Source: an uncultured Verrucomicrobiae bacterium
GTDB lineage: Bacteria; Verrucomicrobiota; Verrucomicrobiia; Chthoniobacterales; UBA10450
Reading direction: 5' to 3'
Assembly: GCA_963735805.1 (NCBI GenBank)
Contig: CAVTMK010000002.1
Location: 256,001-320,000 of the forward strand
Length of the DNA stretch: 64,000 nucleotides
Part shown: positions 10,501-20,524 of the stretch, in pieces
Position numbering within the stretch: position 1 is the stretch's first letter
Layout: each line of letters opens with the position of its first letter
Notes under the pieces: generated by a model
The model's input: only the letters and a program-made list of their open reading frames with translations
What the model was told of the DNA's origin: nothing
The model's database searches: none
Position numbers and translations under genes: made by a program

Positions 10501-10641
10501 GCGCATGGCTCGACCGATTGGGAGGTGGCAGCGGCTGGTCTTCCCATGGTCGAGGTCAACGGCATCGTGATAGCGACGAATGCGCGAAAGCTATATGCGG
10601 CTACACATGGGCGTAGCGCCTGGGTGTTAAATTTGCCGTAA
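7591..10641 (+). CDS. Large secreted Asp-box/BNR beta-propeller protein (sortilin/GH74-like)
   Basis: Repeated SxD/NGGxxW/F boxes (KSINGGDTW, KSTDGGANF, RSSDNGSNW, RSTDAGATF), GGTQDNG, ATHGRSAW; N-terminal hydrophobic segment. Confidence 0.75.
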   Translation: MKITRWFVRNRLQSHLRFATAIVLMSAAAAMAFVAMKPSGPLWAKSDSKNAINKNRVALFRNKLAMPGPEREAGPMAAAEEDYANRAGPAPYVPFELTRKAQRAWSNVRARAANAVTTTRLGPLLRPAPAQWTLVGPSSANNPDVLTFSGAPYTTSGRITAFALAPNCGQGLCYLYLGAAGGGVWRTKHALHTNPSQQWEFISGSFATNAIGTLTIDPTDPSGNTIYAGTGEPNASADSEAGFGIYKSINGGDTWTHLAAHTDVPQGAGVDCTAVLGTGGFQTAPAYSGPAFDGRAISSIVIDPNHSNTIYVGSTRAVRGVSSVSSGGAVSLAPGLPPYGLWKSTDGGANFTLMNYQDVCLNILPGNAGVVQASFGSTRGVHAAALDPSNSNIVYAAPFPQNNALPLNTKGGVWRSSDNGSNWTQIKNALNATLNTDRASFAVTPIAGGFTRMYVGVGNSSVAAVNQARLYRTDDAVTATDGSFTDLTAVQQASTAPNQTLNYCGDPAAGAQCWYDNVVYSPPGKPDVVYLGGSFNYSQYGFRNNGRAFIRSTDAGATFTDMSWDATTKPTPPGTCCQPNPIAPNGMHPDSHAVIEVPGTDIAFFGGDGGIVRSSGSFANISSQCTARGLTGTSLATCQQMLSAVPTQLLTTYNDGLSTLQFQSVSINPANANNLMGGTQDNGTFEKPSNSTTNWPQVIYGDGGQSGFNVGNTAFRFNSFTSNFHDVNFRNGDPTKWVIASGPIAASGEGAQFYAPIIADPVSAGTIFQGSLSVWRTQNWAGNQAFLEANCPEFTTSGANPACGDFVQIGPMGATDLTASAADYRGTTLAGGNVAAVARGTSDSSTLWAATTTGRVFISKNANTTNIGVTYTRLDSLATNSPPRFVSTIFVDPADSNHAWISYSSYSSLTPATPGHIFSVRYNPGPGTATWTNLDGSGATAFPDFPATSVAFDSVTGDLYASNDWGVLKRAHGSTDWEVAAAGLPMVEVNGIVIATNARKLYAATHGRSAWVLNLP

Positions 10642-10668
10642 GTCAGGGTTAAGTTCGGTTCGCAAGTT

Positions 10669-10704
10669 GGGCGGGATGGTGAAAGCCATCCCGCCCGTTT
10701 TTTT
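10669..10704 (+). terminator. Rho-independent terminator
   Basis: GGGCGGGATGG-tgaaag-CCATCCCGCCC followed by T7. Confidence 0.85.
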
Positions 10705-10868
10705 CGCGCAATCTGTCCCAGGACAACAATGTTGTAGGTGATTGACAAGTTGTTACTGCTGGGATTAAATAATCCGCGCTAGTTTCCTTGCTCGCCAGCG
10801 ATTCACTCGGCGAAGTGTTGTTCGGAAATTTGCACGTTCAATCAGTAGTTGCATAACAATCCCCACCC

Positions 10869-11624
10869 ATGGCGGGACATAGTAAGTGGTCGAAGGTCAA
10901 GCGTTTCAAAGGCGCGATCGACGCGAAACGCGGCAAGATCTTCAGTAAGTTGTCTAAGGAGATCACCATCGCGGCAAAGCGAGGCGGAGGCGATCCCAAC
11001 GGCAATCTGCGTCTACGAAGCGCGATTCAGGCTGCACGCACGCAGAGCATGCCAAACGATAACATTGAACGCGCGATTAAACGCGGTACTGGCGAGGACA
11101 AGAATGGACAACAATTCGATGAGATCGTGTACGAAGGTTATGCGCCTGGCGGGGTTGCGATCATTGTCGAAACGGCAACCGATAATAAAAACCGCACCGG
11201 TGCGGAGATTCGAAGTATTTTCAGCCAGCATAATGGCAACCTTGCCTCGACAGGGAGCGTTTCGTACATGTTCCACAGGAAAGGCCAAATCACCGTTCCG
11301 CGATCGAGCATCGATGAGGATCGACTACTGGAGGTTGCCCTGGAAGCTGGCGCAGAAGAGTTGACAACCGACGATGATCAGTATGTTATCACTACTTCCC
11401 ACGATCAGCTATACGCGGTAGCTGAGGCGCTCAAAAATGCGGGCGTAACCACCGATGGGCAAAAGTTTACATTCATTCCCGATACGACTGTTGCTGTGCC
11501 CGACGAAGCCGCGGTACGTCAGGTACTCAGCTTGTGTGATGCGCTTGAGGACGACGACGACGTGCAAAACGTCTATTCAAACCTAGAAATTCCCGACGAA
11601 TTGCTGGCCAGATTGCCAGCCTGA
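10869..11624 (+). CDS. yebC: YebC/PmpR family protein
   Basis: MAGHSKW, YEGYAPGG, TDNKNRT, DDDDVQNVYSN. Confidence 0.95.
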   Translation: MAGHSKWSKVKRFKGAIDAKRGKIFSKLSKEITIAAKRGGGDPNGNLRLRSAIQAARTQSMPNDNIERAIKRGTGEDKNGQQFDEIVYEGYAPGGVAIIVETATDNKNRTGAEIRSIFSQHNGNLASTGSVSYMFHRKGQITVPRSSIDEDRLLEVALEAGAEELTTDDDQYVITTSHDQLYAVAEALKNAGVTTDGQKFTFIPDTTVAVPDEAAVRQVLSLCDALEDDDDVQNVYSNLEIPDELLARLPA

Positions 11625-11683
11625 AAGACTATTGCTTGCAGGAGACGTGTTAAGGCGGTGCTGCGCCGCGAAGATTTTAGCTT

Positions 11684-13060
11684 ATGAACGAAGAAAACGA
11701 AAACCAACCTGTACCGACTGAGTCTGCCTTGCCGGAACAACGGCAACATCGCCCGCGCCGCCGTTTCCCGCGAAAACGTTACCGGGACCGGGGTGATCGG
11801 TTCAGGCGCGAAGATTCCGCAGAGTCGACAAATTCTTCGTCAGTTAATGCCGATTCTGTCGGTGCGGTTACCGACGTAGAGACTCTCGACAAGTCGGCTT
11901 CGGGTGGGCGCGAGGGAGCGGAAGCTAATACCGAAGGCGGCGAGCAAGTTCAGGCCGAACCCGAATTTGGCGAAGGGATCATCGAAATCTCGGGCAAAGG
12001 TTTTGGCTTCTTGCGCGATGCGAAGCGTAACTTCGTACAAACGCCGCAGGATATTTTTGTGACCCCCGAAATTGTTCGCCGTTTCGGATTGCGCGATGGG
12101 ATGTGGATTTACGGTGAAACGCGACGCGGCAGTCGCGGCCCGCAGCTGGTCAAGCTGCTGAAGATCAACGGCGAAGAGCCGGCAAAATATCAGGGGCTCA
12201 CGCCATTTGAAGAGTTGACCACAATCAACCCGAACAAACGGATCAAGCTCGAGACGGTGCCGGACCGTTACACGACTCGGATTATGGATTTGATGACGCC
12301 GCTCGGAATGGGGCAGCGCGGTTTGATCGTTGCGCCGCCGCGCACTGGCAAAACAACACTGTTGCATCATATCGCCGACGCAGTGGCGAAAAATCATCCG
12401 GAGGTGATTCTGATCATTCTCCTTGTCGATGAGCGCCCGGAAGAGGTCACGGATTTTCGCCGTTCGCATCCAACGGCAGAACTGATGGCGAGTTCGAATG
12501 ACGCCGACATCAAAAGTCATACGCGCATTTCGCAATTGGCGATCGAGCGCGCGAAGCGTCTCGTCGAAGCAGGAAAACATGTATTTATCCTCCTCGACTC
12601 CATCACACGCACCGCTCGTGCATTTAACAATGCAATGTCAGGGGGAGGCCGCACGATGAGCGGCGGTATCGATGCGCGTGCCATGGAAATTCCACGGAAG
12701 ATTTTTGCCGCGGCGCGTAACACCGAGGAAGCCGGTTCTCTTACCATTGTCGCGACGGCGCTCATCGAGACCGGCAGCCGCATGGACGAATTGATTTTTC
12801 AGGAATTTAAAGGCACCGGAAACATGGAAATGGTGCTCGACCGGAAAATCAGCGACCAGCGAATCTACCCCGCTGTGGATATTTTTCTTTCCGGCACACG
12901 ACGAGAGGAGTTGCTGCTGCAACCGTGGGAACTGGAGAAAATTAATCTCATTCGGCGCGGCCTGGCCGGACACAAACCGGAAGAAGCGATTCAGAGACTG
13001 CTGATGTTTGTGAAAAAATTCCCGACTAACGCGGAGATGCTCAAGGGCATTCCGGGTTAG
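11684..13060 (+). CDS. rho: Transcription termination factor Rho
   Basis: GFGFLR, GQRGLIVAPPRTGKT, DERPEEVTD, LLDSITR, EFKGTGNME. Confidence 0.96.
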   Translation: MNEENENQPVPTESALPEQRQHRPRRRFPRKRYRDRGDRFRREDSAESTNSSSVNADSVGAVTDVETLDKSASGGREGAEANTEGGEQVQAEPEFGEGIIEISGKGFGFLRDAKRNFVQTPQDIFVTPEIVRRFGLRDGMWIYGETRRGSRGPQLVKLLKINGEEPAKYQGLTPFEELTTINPNKRIKLETVPDRYTTRIMDLMTPLGMGQRGLIVAPPRTGKTTLLHHIADAVAKNHPEVILIILLVDERPEEVTDFRRSHPTAELMASSNDADIKSHTRISQLAIERAKRLVEAGKHVFILLDSITRTARAFNNAMSGGGRTMSGGIDARAMEIPRKIFAAARNTEEAGSLTIVATALIETGSRMDELIFQEFKGTGNMEMVLDRKISDQRIYPAVDIFLSGTRREELLLQPWELEKINLIRRGLAGHKPEEAIQRLLMFVKKFPTNAEMLKGIPG

Positions 13061-13063
13061 TGT

Positions 13064-15823
13064 TCAGGGGCCTTCCGCGATGTAGCGCTCATAGAGCGTG
13101 TGAATTCTGTCGCGAGCATCGAGATAATCACGACGGAAAGCCTCTAGTTCCTGGTAGCCAAGCCGGATGGCAAACTTTCGTTGTTCGTCTGGATCGCTCG
13201 GAAGCGCTGAAACGCTTCTGTTGTCATACCGACGCAGGACAAGTTCGCACCGGCGCAGAAACGCATACGAATTTTTGAGCCCTGCAACGTCGGCGTAGTC
13301 CAGATGCCCGTGCTCGTTCAGTCGATCGACGGCTTGCTCCCAGTTCTCTTCCCAAATGGTTGCACGCATCTGCAACGCTTGAACCAGAAACTCAGCTTCG
13401 ATTATGCCACCGTTTCCCGTCTTTAAGTCGAGAAATTCGGACCCGCTTCCGCGCTCCCTCCGAATGCGCTCCACCATATCATCGATTCTTATGAAAAGGT
13501 CGGCGTCCTGGCATGCCCGACGCCATGCGCGATTTGCGATCTCCATGAATTCGTTTTGTAACGGCCCACTAATGGCGCGCGACCGAGTCAGTGCCTGCAA
13601 TTCCCAGGGTTGTGCCCGGCTGGCATAGTACGATTCATAAGTTTCAAGAGAACAGACAAGCGGGCCTTTCTCTCCTTCAGGACGCAGCCTCGCATCCAGC
13701 GCCCAAATATCCCCCTCGGCAGTTGGTTGTGCCATGGCGCCCATTAGGTTCTGAGCGGCGCGAATGTCCTCGCCCACAAATAAAACGTCCAGGTCAGCGC
13801 CGTAGCTGATCTCGCGTCCTCCAAACTTTCCAAGCGCAATGATGGTCAATTGGTCGCTTGCGACGAGGTTCGCGACAAAAACCAGACACGCTTCCGCAAC
13901 ATCGGAAAGCTCGGAAAAGGTTGCCGCGGGTTGTATAAGTCCCAGCACGTCGCGCAGGATGATGCGTAATAGTTGCCGTTGGCGGTAGGCGCGTATCGGG
14001 TCGAGATTGTTTGCATCCGCGTCTAACGAATCCAGCCGTTTCAAATTTTCTGCTACCGACCGCGGTTCATCAAATGCTGAATCTCGGGTGATGTCTTCCA
14101 GGAGCTGCGGACGGCGAACCAAAAGCTCGCTGGCGAAGCGACTCATATCGAAGGTTTTTACAACCAGTTCCAGTAATCGAGGGTTTGCAACGAGAAGCTC
14201 AAAAAACAAGCTGCGCAAACCGTAACCTTCCACGAGGCGAACAAATTGATTCAGCGTCGCGTCAGGGTCTGCGGTTTTTGCAAGCCATTCTAGTAATGTC
14301 GGACGCAGCTTGCGAAAGATATGGCGGGTGCGCGGCGCGATATGGAAACTTGCAGCGCCCTGCGCGAGATCGGATAGGGCCTTGGCTGCTCGCTTCTGAT
14401 CGCTGAAAATTTCAAGGTCATCCGCCGTGGCTGACCTGACGGCCGCCATGGATGTTCCTGAAACGATCCGTTGAAAAATGGGACGCACTGCGCGCATCCT
14501 TTCTTGCAGCGTCGCAGCGAAATCATCACTGGATGAAAACCGGAGGCTGAGTGCAAGGCGCCGCAAGGCTTCGGGGTCTTGAGGAACGAGGTGCGTTTGC
14601 TGTTCGCCCTCGATCTGCAAACGATGCTCCACGCGGCGTAGGAACCGGTATGTATTGTCGCAAGTCAGCACTTCCTCGCGCGGAAGAAGGTCCAACTCGC
14701 GAAGCGCTCGCAGGGCTTTGAGCATACTTGGTTCCTGCAGGAACGGATGACGCGCTCCGTGGATAAGCTGTAGGGTCTGCACGATGAACTCGATCTCGCG
14801 AATGCCACCGCGTCCCAGTTTTACGTCGCGCTCCAGCTTGTCCGCGCCGACTATGTCCCGCTCGATGCGTCGTTTGATACCGGCGATCTCATCCAGCAAA
14901 TCGGGCGATGGACTCTTGGGATAAATAAAAGGCTGATGTTGCCGCAGGAATTCGTAAGCAAGTTCTCGGCTGCCGCCTACTCCGCGCGCCTTGATCAGCG
15001 CAAGGCGTTCCCAGGTTTCACCAAAGCCGGCGTAATAGTTTTCCATACTATCGAAGGAGCGGGCCAATGGCCCTGCCGAGCCTTCCGGTCGCAGACGCAG
15101 ATCTACGCGAAACAGCGAACCAGCCGGATGCCCGGTTGAGAACGTTTCCAGGATTCGTTTTGCCAGCCGGTTGAAAAATTCGTGATAGGAAATGTGTGCT
15201 GTGAGCTGGCCTTCCTCACTGTAGAGAAACAGGAGATCAACGTCTGAGCTGTGATTGAGTTCGCCGCCTCCAAGCTTGCCCAGTGCAAGGATGGCAAATT
15301 CCGCCTGGGGTGAACCATAACGTTGCCGCAATTCGGTGTTCCAATGTTCGAACACATTGCGAATGCAAATTTCCGCCACCTGCGAAAGTTCGGCAGTGGT
15401 CTCTTCCAGGGACGCTACATTTGCGAGCTCGCGAACAGCGATGCGGGTCATTTCGCGGCTCTTCCAAAAACGAAGGGCAGAAAAACCCTGGTCTGCGATT
15501 GAGTTGCCAGCCGACCTGCGCAGGTAACCCAACATTTCCGCATAGCTCCTGGGCGCGGAGCAGATTTGGGGCTGGCACAGCCACAGGAGGGTGTCAGGGT
15601 CGTGCGTAAGGCGCGCCGCGCAGATACTGGAGACCGCAAGAAGATGAAGCAACGCAGCTTCGCCCAGCGGAAATTGTTCCACGACATCGGCAAGGGGCTG
15701 GGCCGTTTCCGGCCAATGCTCACTAAGTTGAATCAGGACGGATTCGACCTGAGCGGGGTTAAGTGATCCAGCCGCTTTTCCGCGAATCCAGTGATCATTG
15801 CGATCCATCGCGCAGAACATCAC
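13064..15823 (-). CDS. glnE: Bifunctional glutamine synthetase adenylyltransferase/deadenylase
   Basis: Two NTase domains: LGKLGGGELNHSSDVD...DLRLRPEG and LGKFGGREISYGADLD...DARLRPEG; start uncertain. Confidence 0.92.
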   Translation of the reverse strand: MMFCAMDRNDHWIRGKAAGSLNPAQVESVLIQLSEHWPETAQPLADVVEQFPLGEAALLHLLAVSSICAARLTHDPDTLLWLCQPQICSAPRSYAEMLGYLRRSAGNSIADQGFSALRFWKSREMTRIAVRELANVASLEETTAELSQVAEICIRNVFEHWNTELRQRYGSPQAEFAILALGKLGGGELNHSSDVDLLFLYSEEGQLTAHISYHEFFNRLAKRILETFSTGHPAGSLFRVDLRLRPEGSAGPLARSFDSMENYYAGFGETWERLALIKARGVGGSRELAYEFLRQHQPFIYPKSPSPDLLDEIAGIKRRIERDIVGADKLERDVKLGRGGIREIEFIVQTLQLIHGARHPFLQEPSMLKALRALRELDLLPREEVLTCDNTYRFLRRVEHRLQIEGEQQTHLVPQDPEALRRLALSLRFSSSDDFAATLQERMRAVRPIFQRIVSGTSMAAVRSATADDLEIFSDQKRAAKALSDLAQGAASFHIAPRTRHIFRKLRPTLLEWLAKTADPDATLNQFVRLVEGYGLRSLFFELLVANPRLLELVVKTFDMSRFASELLVRRPQLLEDITRDSAFDEPRSVAENLKRLDSLDADANNLDPIRAYRQRQLLRIILRDVLGLIQPAATFSELSDVAEACLVFVANLVASDQLTIIALGKFGGREISYGADLDVLFVGEDIRAAQNLMGAMAQPTAEGDIWALDARLRPEGEKGPLVCSLETYESYYASRAQPWELQALTRSRAISGPLQNEFMEIANRAWRRACQDADLFIRIDDMVERIRRERGSGSEFLDLKTGNGGIIEAEFLVQALQMRATIWEENWEQAVDRLNEHGHLDYADVAGLKNSYAFLRRCELVLRRYDNRSVSALPSDPDEQRKFAIRLGYQELEAFRRDYLDARDRIHTLYERYIAEGP

Positions 15824-15923
15824 GCGGATTTCATCGAAGGCCAGCTGGTTGGAACTGTGCTTCGACAGGGATCGCGCAAAACAATCGCTGCATGTTACAC
15901 ATGTAACGCAAAAACGATCAGGC

Positions 15924-16793
15924 TCACGACCGAGGCGCTAGAATGCGAAGCGCTCTCTCTCGAATTCGGAAATCTATCGGGCAATTCCCTGCCAGTTCAC
16001 CATCCAGCTCAAGGGGAACATCCTGCTCGCTCGTGATGCGCAGCTCTCGAGTCTGAAAATATTCGACCTCCGGAACGTTAATGTCGGAGCTGAAAACAAC
16101 GTCCTGGAGATATTTAATGATTTCGAGATAGCCGAGCCGTTTGAAGACGACTACATCAAACAAGCCGTCATCAATGATGGCGTGCTTAAAAAATGGGAAA
16201 GGACCTCCGTAAAGGCGACCGTTTCCAACAAGAACAAACGATCCCTCTTCCAAAGACGTATGGTCCGATTCGATGAGCAGCTTCGGCGGTTGCCGTGCGG
16301 CGATCTGCGCTGCAGAGATGAGATAACTTAGTGGGCCAAAGCTGCGTTTGAAAGCGAGGCTGGTCTCTTTCACCACTTGCGCGTCCAATCCCACCCCGGC
16401 CAGCTGTACAAAGTACTTTGCATTGGCACTCGGCAGATCGACCGTACGGACGTTTGTATCTTCGATGATGTCCCAACAGCGCTGGAGACTGTGCAACGGC
16501 AGGCCAAGCTCCATTGCGAAAACGTTTACGCTGCCCATGGGAAGCACGCCCAATGCGGCATCGCTGTCAGCGATTCCATTTGCAACCTGATTGACTGTTC
16601 CATCACCGCCTGCAGCGACGATTCGCGTAAATCCCTCCTTGACTGCATGCCGGGCTAGCGCCTCAGCTTCACCAGGGTGCGATGTAATCCGGACGGGACA
16701 ATCGTTGGCGAGCGACTCGACACGCTCCTGCCAGCTGTGGACGTGTTCCGGGCTGCCTGCGGTCGGATTAAGGATGACAACCGTCTCAGTCAT
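15924..16793 (-). CDS. Diacylglycerol/lipid kinase family protein (YegS/DgkB-like)
   Basis: NPTAG, AAGGDGTVNQV, PMGSVN, LDGE. Confidence 0.9.
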   Translation of the reverse strand: MTETVVILNPTAGSPEHVHSWQERVESLANDCPVRITSHPGEAEALARHAVKEGFTRIVAAGGDGTVNQVANGIADSDAALGVLPMGSVNVFAMELGLPLHSLQRCWDIIEDTNVRTVDLPSANAKYFVQLAGVGLDAQVVKETSLAFKRSFGPLSYLISAAQIAARQPPKLLIESDHTSLEEGSFVLVGNGRLYGGPFPFFKHAIIDDGLFDVVVFKRLGYLEIIKYLQDVVFSSDINVPEVEYFQTRELRITSEQDVPLELDGELAGNCPIDFRIRERALRILAPRS

Positions 16794-16854
16794 GGGGGAG
16801 AATAGCAGAGGGCTTTGGTCTTTTCTTCAAACTCGGGCTGGGTAACGTCTCACG

Positions 16855-18465
16855 GTGAAAAAATTGCGCAGGATTGCGTTGATTGCTCTCGGAGCGGTGA
16901 TTGCACTTGGTGCGATTTTGTTGACCGGCATAAATCTATATGTGCAATCGCAGGGTACCCACGCAAAGATTCAACAGGAACTGAGCCGGCGCCTCGGCAC
17001 TGCACTGGGAATTCGTAGCATGAGCGTGACTCCCTGGGGCGGACTGGAACTCAGCGGTATTACTATTGCGCAAACTTCGCCAGTTGGTCCGAGGCATTTC
17101 CTCGAAGCAAAGACGTTCCGGCTGCGCGTTCGGTTCCTTTCCCTTTTTTCGCGGCGTTTGGTGATTAAGGAGGTTGCGCTCATCGATCCAAACATTGTTT
17201 GGCTACAAGATGCGGGTGGAAAATGGAAATTACCCAGTTCGGCCAAGACCAAAAAGGCTGCTCCAACTGTGGCCCGGCCGGAAGTTGAAGGCCGATCTGC
17301 TCAAACCTCCGGCGCCCAGAGCGCGTCAGTTGTCGCCATTACTCCGGCAGATCTTCCTTCTCCAGTCCGGGCGCCAGTTATCGATCAACCGCCGAGACAG
17401 GAACCAAGACTGGCAGTGCCTCCGGAAGTTCGACGCGTCACTATTAAGAACGGCAATTTCACTTTTCTCGATCACGCTGGCAGGCTGCTGGCAAGTTTTA
17501 GCGGAGTCGACTTCGGCACCAGCATCCGCAGCGCTCTGGCACTTCACGGCAATACAAGGGTGGCAAGGATTTCATTGCAGAACCGTTTCTTTCTGGAAGA
17601 ACTGCGCTCCCCGCTGCGTTACGAACCGGATGTGCTGGAGCTTTCCAAGATTTCCGCGCGCGCCGGTAATGGCGAGATCAACGGCTATTTTGCCATGCAA
17701 CCGGAGGCCGAGGATTCTCCGTTCACAACGAGCGTAAAGTTTCACGATGTGCTGGCTGACCTGATTATCACGAACGCGGGGGGCCCAAAAGGAATGGTTC
17801 AGGGCAAATTGGAGGGAAATTTCCAAGCGTCCGGGAAAACTGCCAATCCGGAGGCACTTGTAGGAAGAGGCGAAATTTCGCTGCGGGACGGGCGAGTCCA
17901 GCAATACAGCTTACTGGTGCTATTAGGGGAGCTTCTGCAGATTGAAGAACTGAGAGAGCTTCATCTCGAGCAAGCGCAGGCAAAGTATCACGTCCGTCCG
18001 GGGTTGGTCACAATCGACGAGTTGATTTTGCGCTCCCCGAATATTCGTCTCACAGCAGCGGGAACAGTTGCGTTTAACGGAAAGCTGAAGCTCAATTCTC
18101 AGCTCGCGATCAACGACAAAATTCGTGGCCAGCTTTTCAAAGCGATTCGTCAGAATTTTCAACCGATCAATGAACCGGGCTATTCCGCCATAGACTTTCA
18201 AGTTGGCGGCACCATCGATCGGCCAAGCACAAACTTGATGGACAGACTGGTCGGGCGCGACCTTAGCAGCATGATCAACAGCTTCTTTGGTGGCGGAAAA
18301 AAGGAGCGAAAGAAGAAAAAGAAACAGATTGAAGAGGCCGCGCCGGCAACGCCTGAGCCTGGCGGTACGGGCAACGCGATGCCCATTGCGCCATCAACTT
18401 CTGCGTCACCGCAGGAGGCTCTGCCTGAGTTTACCGCAACGCCAACGCCAGCCTCTTCGCCATGA
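16855..18465 (+). CDS. AsmA-family protein
   Basis: N-terminal TM anchor, beta-rich body, C-terminal FQVGGTIDRP. Confidence 0.7.
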   Translation: MKKLRRIALIALGAVIALGAILLTGINLYVQSQGTHAKIQQELSRRLGTALGIRSMSVTPWGGLELSGITIAQTSPVGPRHFLEAKTFRLRVRFLSLFSRRLVIKEVALIDPNIVWLQDAGGKWKLPSSAKTKKAAPTVARPEVEGRSAQTSGAQSASVVAITPADLPSPVRAPVIDQPPRQEPRLAVPPEVRRVTIKNGNFTFLDHAGRLLASFSGVDFGTSIRSALALHGNTRVARISLQNRFFLEELRSPLRYEPDVLELSKISARAGNGEINGYFAMQPEAEDSPFTTSVKFHDVLADLIITNAGGPKGMVQGKLEGNFQASGKTANPEALVGRGEISLRDGRVQQYSLLVLLGELLQIEELRELHLEQAQAKYHVRPGLVTIDELILRSPNIRLTAAGTVAFNGKLKLNSQLAINDKIRGQLFKAIRQNFQPINEPGYSAIDFQVGGTIDRPSTNLMDRLVGRDLSSMINSFFGGGKKERKKKKKQIEEAAPATPEPGGTGNAMPIAPSTSASPQEALPEFTATPTPASSP

Positions 18466-19076
18466 GAGTAATCGCCGGCAGCGCCGGCGGAATCCGCCTG
18501 GCAGTTCCGAAACATGGTGTTCGACCAACGATGGATCGCGTCAAAGCTGCCATCTTTTCCAGTTTGGGCGACGCCATCGTGCGTGCGCGCGTCCTCGATC
18601 TTTTCGCGGGAAGCGGTGCACTTGGAATTGAAGCGCTCAGCCGTGGCGCGTCGTCTGTTGTTTTTGTTGAGGGAGAGCGACAATCTGCAGATATCATCAC
18701 AGGAAATCTTGCCAGGACGAAGTTGAAAGGACGAGTTCGACAGCAGGACGTCTTCGATTTCATTCGAAACACCTCCGGCGCAGAACCTTTCGACATCATC
18801 TTCGCCGATCCGCCGTACGAAAAAAACGACGATGGCAAGCGCTTCACCGAAAAACTGGTCACAGACGAAGCAATGCCGCGACTGCTCGAGCCGAGTGGTA
18901 TTTTCGTGTTGGAAAAGCATCCGAACGAAGCTCTTCCCGGAATGCCGCAATGGCGGTTGCTTCGCCAGAAAACCTACGGCGCGACAGAAGTTCTTTTTTT
19001 GGTAGCAATCTGCGGGCAACTCCGGTCCGATTCGGCCAAGTCCGTGATTCCCAAACCGCAATCCGCAATTTCATGA
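18462..19076 (+). CDS. rsmD: 16S rRNA m2G966 methyltransferase
   Basis: MRVIAG, RPTMDRVK, LDLFAGSGALGIEALSRG, DPPY. Confidence 0.95.
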   Translation: MRVIAGSAGGIRLAVPKHGVRPTMDRVKAAIFSSLGDAIVRARVLDLFAGSGALGIEALSRGASSVVFVEGERQSADIITGNLARTKLKGRVRQQDVFDFIRNTSGAEPFDIIFADPPYEKNDDGKRFTEKLVTDEAMPRLLEPSGIFVLEKHPNEALPGMPQWRLLRQKTYGATEVLFLVAICGQLRSDSAKSVIPKPQSAIS

Positions 19077-20377
19077 TTCGTTTCGTCTACAACCTGCTTT
19101 GGCCAGTCGGGCTGTTTTTCTTTTTGCCGGGCTATTTCGTGAAAATGATTCGGCGCGGCGGCTACCGCGAAAAGTTCGGACAGCGTCTGGGCATTTACGA
19201 TCGCGAACTACGCTCTCGCCTGTTAAAGCGAAAATCGACCTGGCTGCATGCGGTCAGTGTGGGAGAAGTAAACATCGCGTTGAAACTGGCCAACTCGTTA
19301 CGCGCGCTGGAGCCGGATTTGCACTGCGTGTTGACCACGACCACCACAACCGGTTTCGCTCTGGCAAACAAGAACGCTCCGCCATGGATCGAGGTCATGT
19401 ACACCCCTCTCGATTACTGGCCGATCATGCGACGCGCGTTTTCGGTGATCAGGCCGACGAGGATCTCGCTGGTTGAAGCTGAAGTCTGGCCGAATCTGGT
19501 CGCATTCGCTCACGAATGCCAGATTCCCACGATATTGGTAAACGCGCGCTTGTCCCCCAGATCGGAAAGGAGGTTTCGTCGGTTCCGCTTCTTCGTTACG
19601 CCAACATTTCGCCTTTTGGACCTGGTCTGCGCGCAGGAGCCGGATGACATCGATCGCTGGGCTGCGATTGGCGTTAAGCGCGATCGGATCCGTGTGGTCG
19701 GAAGTATCAAATACGATCCCGATGGGCGCGATCACACTTCGGAAGCGCAACTAAGCGGGCCGCACGCGGACTTGAGTAATATGGATCGACGGCGACCAGT
19801 GTTGTTCGGCGGCAGCACGCATCGCGGAGAAGAGGAAATTCTGACGACCATCTTTCTCCGCTTGCGTCGGCAATTTCCCTCATTGCAGTTGTTCATTGCG
19901 CCTCGTCATGTCGAACGTCTCCGCGAAATTCGCTCGCAACTTGCTGCCCTCCCGTTGCGCGTTGCGCCGGCGAGCGAAGTGAAGATTAATCGCGAGTCAG
20001 ATGCAGATTGTGTCCTTCTCGACACGACAGGTGAACTCCAGCGCTGGTACGGCATAGCCACAATCGTATTCATTGGAAAGAGTCTCACTGCGCAGGGCGG
20101 CCAAAATCCCGTGGAGCCAATCATGGCGGGTAAACCAGTCGTGTTTGGTCCGCACATGGAAAATTTCGCGTCACTCGCGGAGAGACTCGTGTCGAAGAAA
20201 GGTGCGATCCAGGTCCGCGATGCCAATTCCCTTGAACTAACGATCGCCGATCTTCTGGGTGATAACGAAGCGTGTCGACGCCTCGTCCGTAGCGCGCGCG
20301 AAGTTTTGAGCGAACATGAGGGTGCAACTGCGCGTGCAGCAGCGTTGATTCATCGACTGGGGTGCGAGAAGGAGTAA
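19073..20377 (+). CDS. waaA: Kdo transferase
   Basis: WLHAVSVGE, EAEVWPN, GSTHRGEE, APRHVER, GGQNPVEP; ATGA overlap with rsmD stop. Confidence 0.93.
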   Translation: MIRFVYNLLWPVGLFFFLPGYFVKMIRRGGYREKFGQRLGIYDRELRSRLLKRKSTWLHAVSVGEVNIALKLANSLRALEPDLHCVLTTTTTTGFALANKNAPPWIEVMYTPLDYWPIMRRAFSVIRPTRISLVEAEVWPNLVAFAHECQIPTILVNARLSPRSERRFRRFRFFVTPTFRLLDLVCAQEPDDIDRWAAIGVKRDRIRVVGSIKYDPDGRDHTSEAQLSGPHADLSNMDRRRPVLFGGSTHRGEEEILTTIFLRLRRQFPSLQLFIAPRHVERLREIRSQLAALPLRVAPASEVKINRESDADCVLLDTTGELQRWYGIATIVFIGKSLTAQGGQNPVEPIMAGKPVVFGPHMENFASLAERLVSKKGAIQVRDANSLELTIADLLGDNEACRRLVRSAREVLSEHEGATARAAALIHRLGCEKE

Positions 20378-20451
20378 GAATAAAAGTCGATCCGGCTGGG
20401 CAATTTGCCTTGCGTAAAAGAACAGCAATTCTGATATTGCACGCGCTTTGC

Positions 20452-20524
20452 GACCCTATCGTCTAGAGGCCCAGGACACCGCCCTTTCACGGCGGTAACA
20501 CGGGTTCGAATCCCGTTAGGGTCG
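20452..20524 (+). tRNA. tRNA-Glu (TTC)
   Basis: GACCCTA/TAGGGTC acceptor stem, CCGCC-CTTTCAC-GGCGG anticodon arm, GGTTCGAATCC T-arm; CCA not encoded. Confidence 0.95.
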
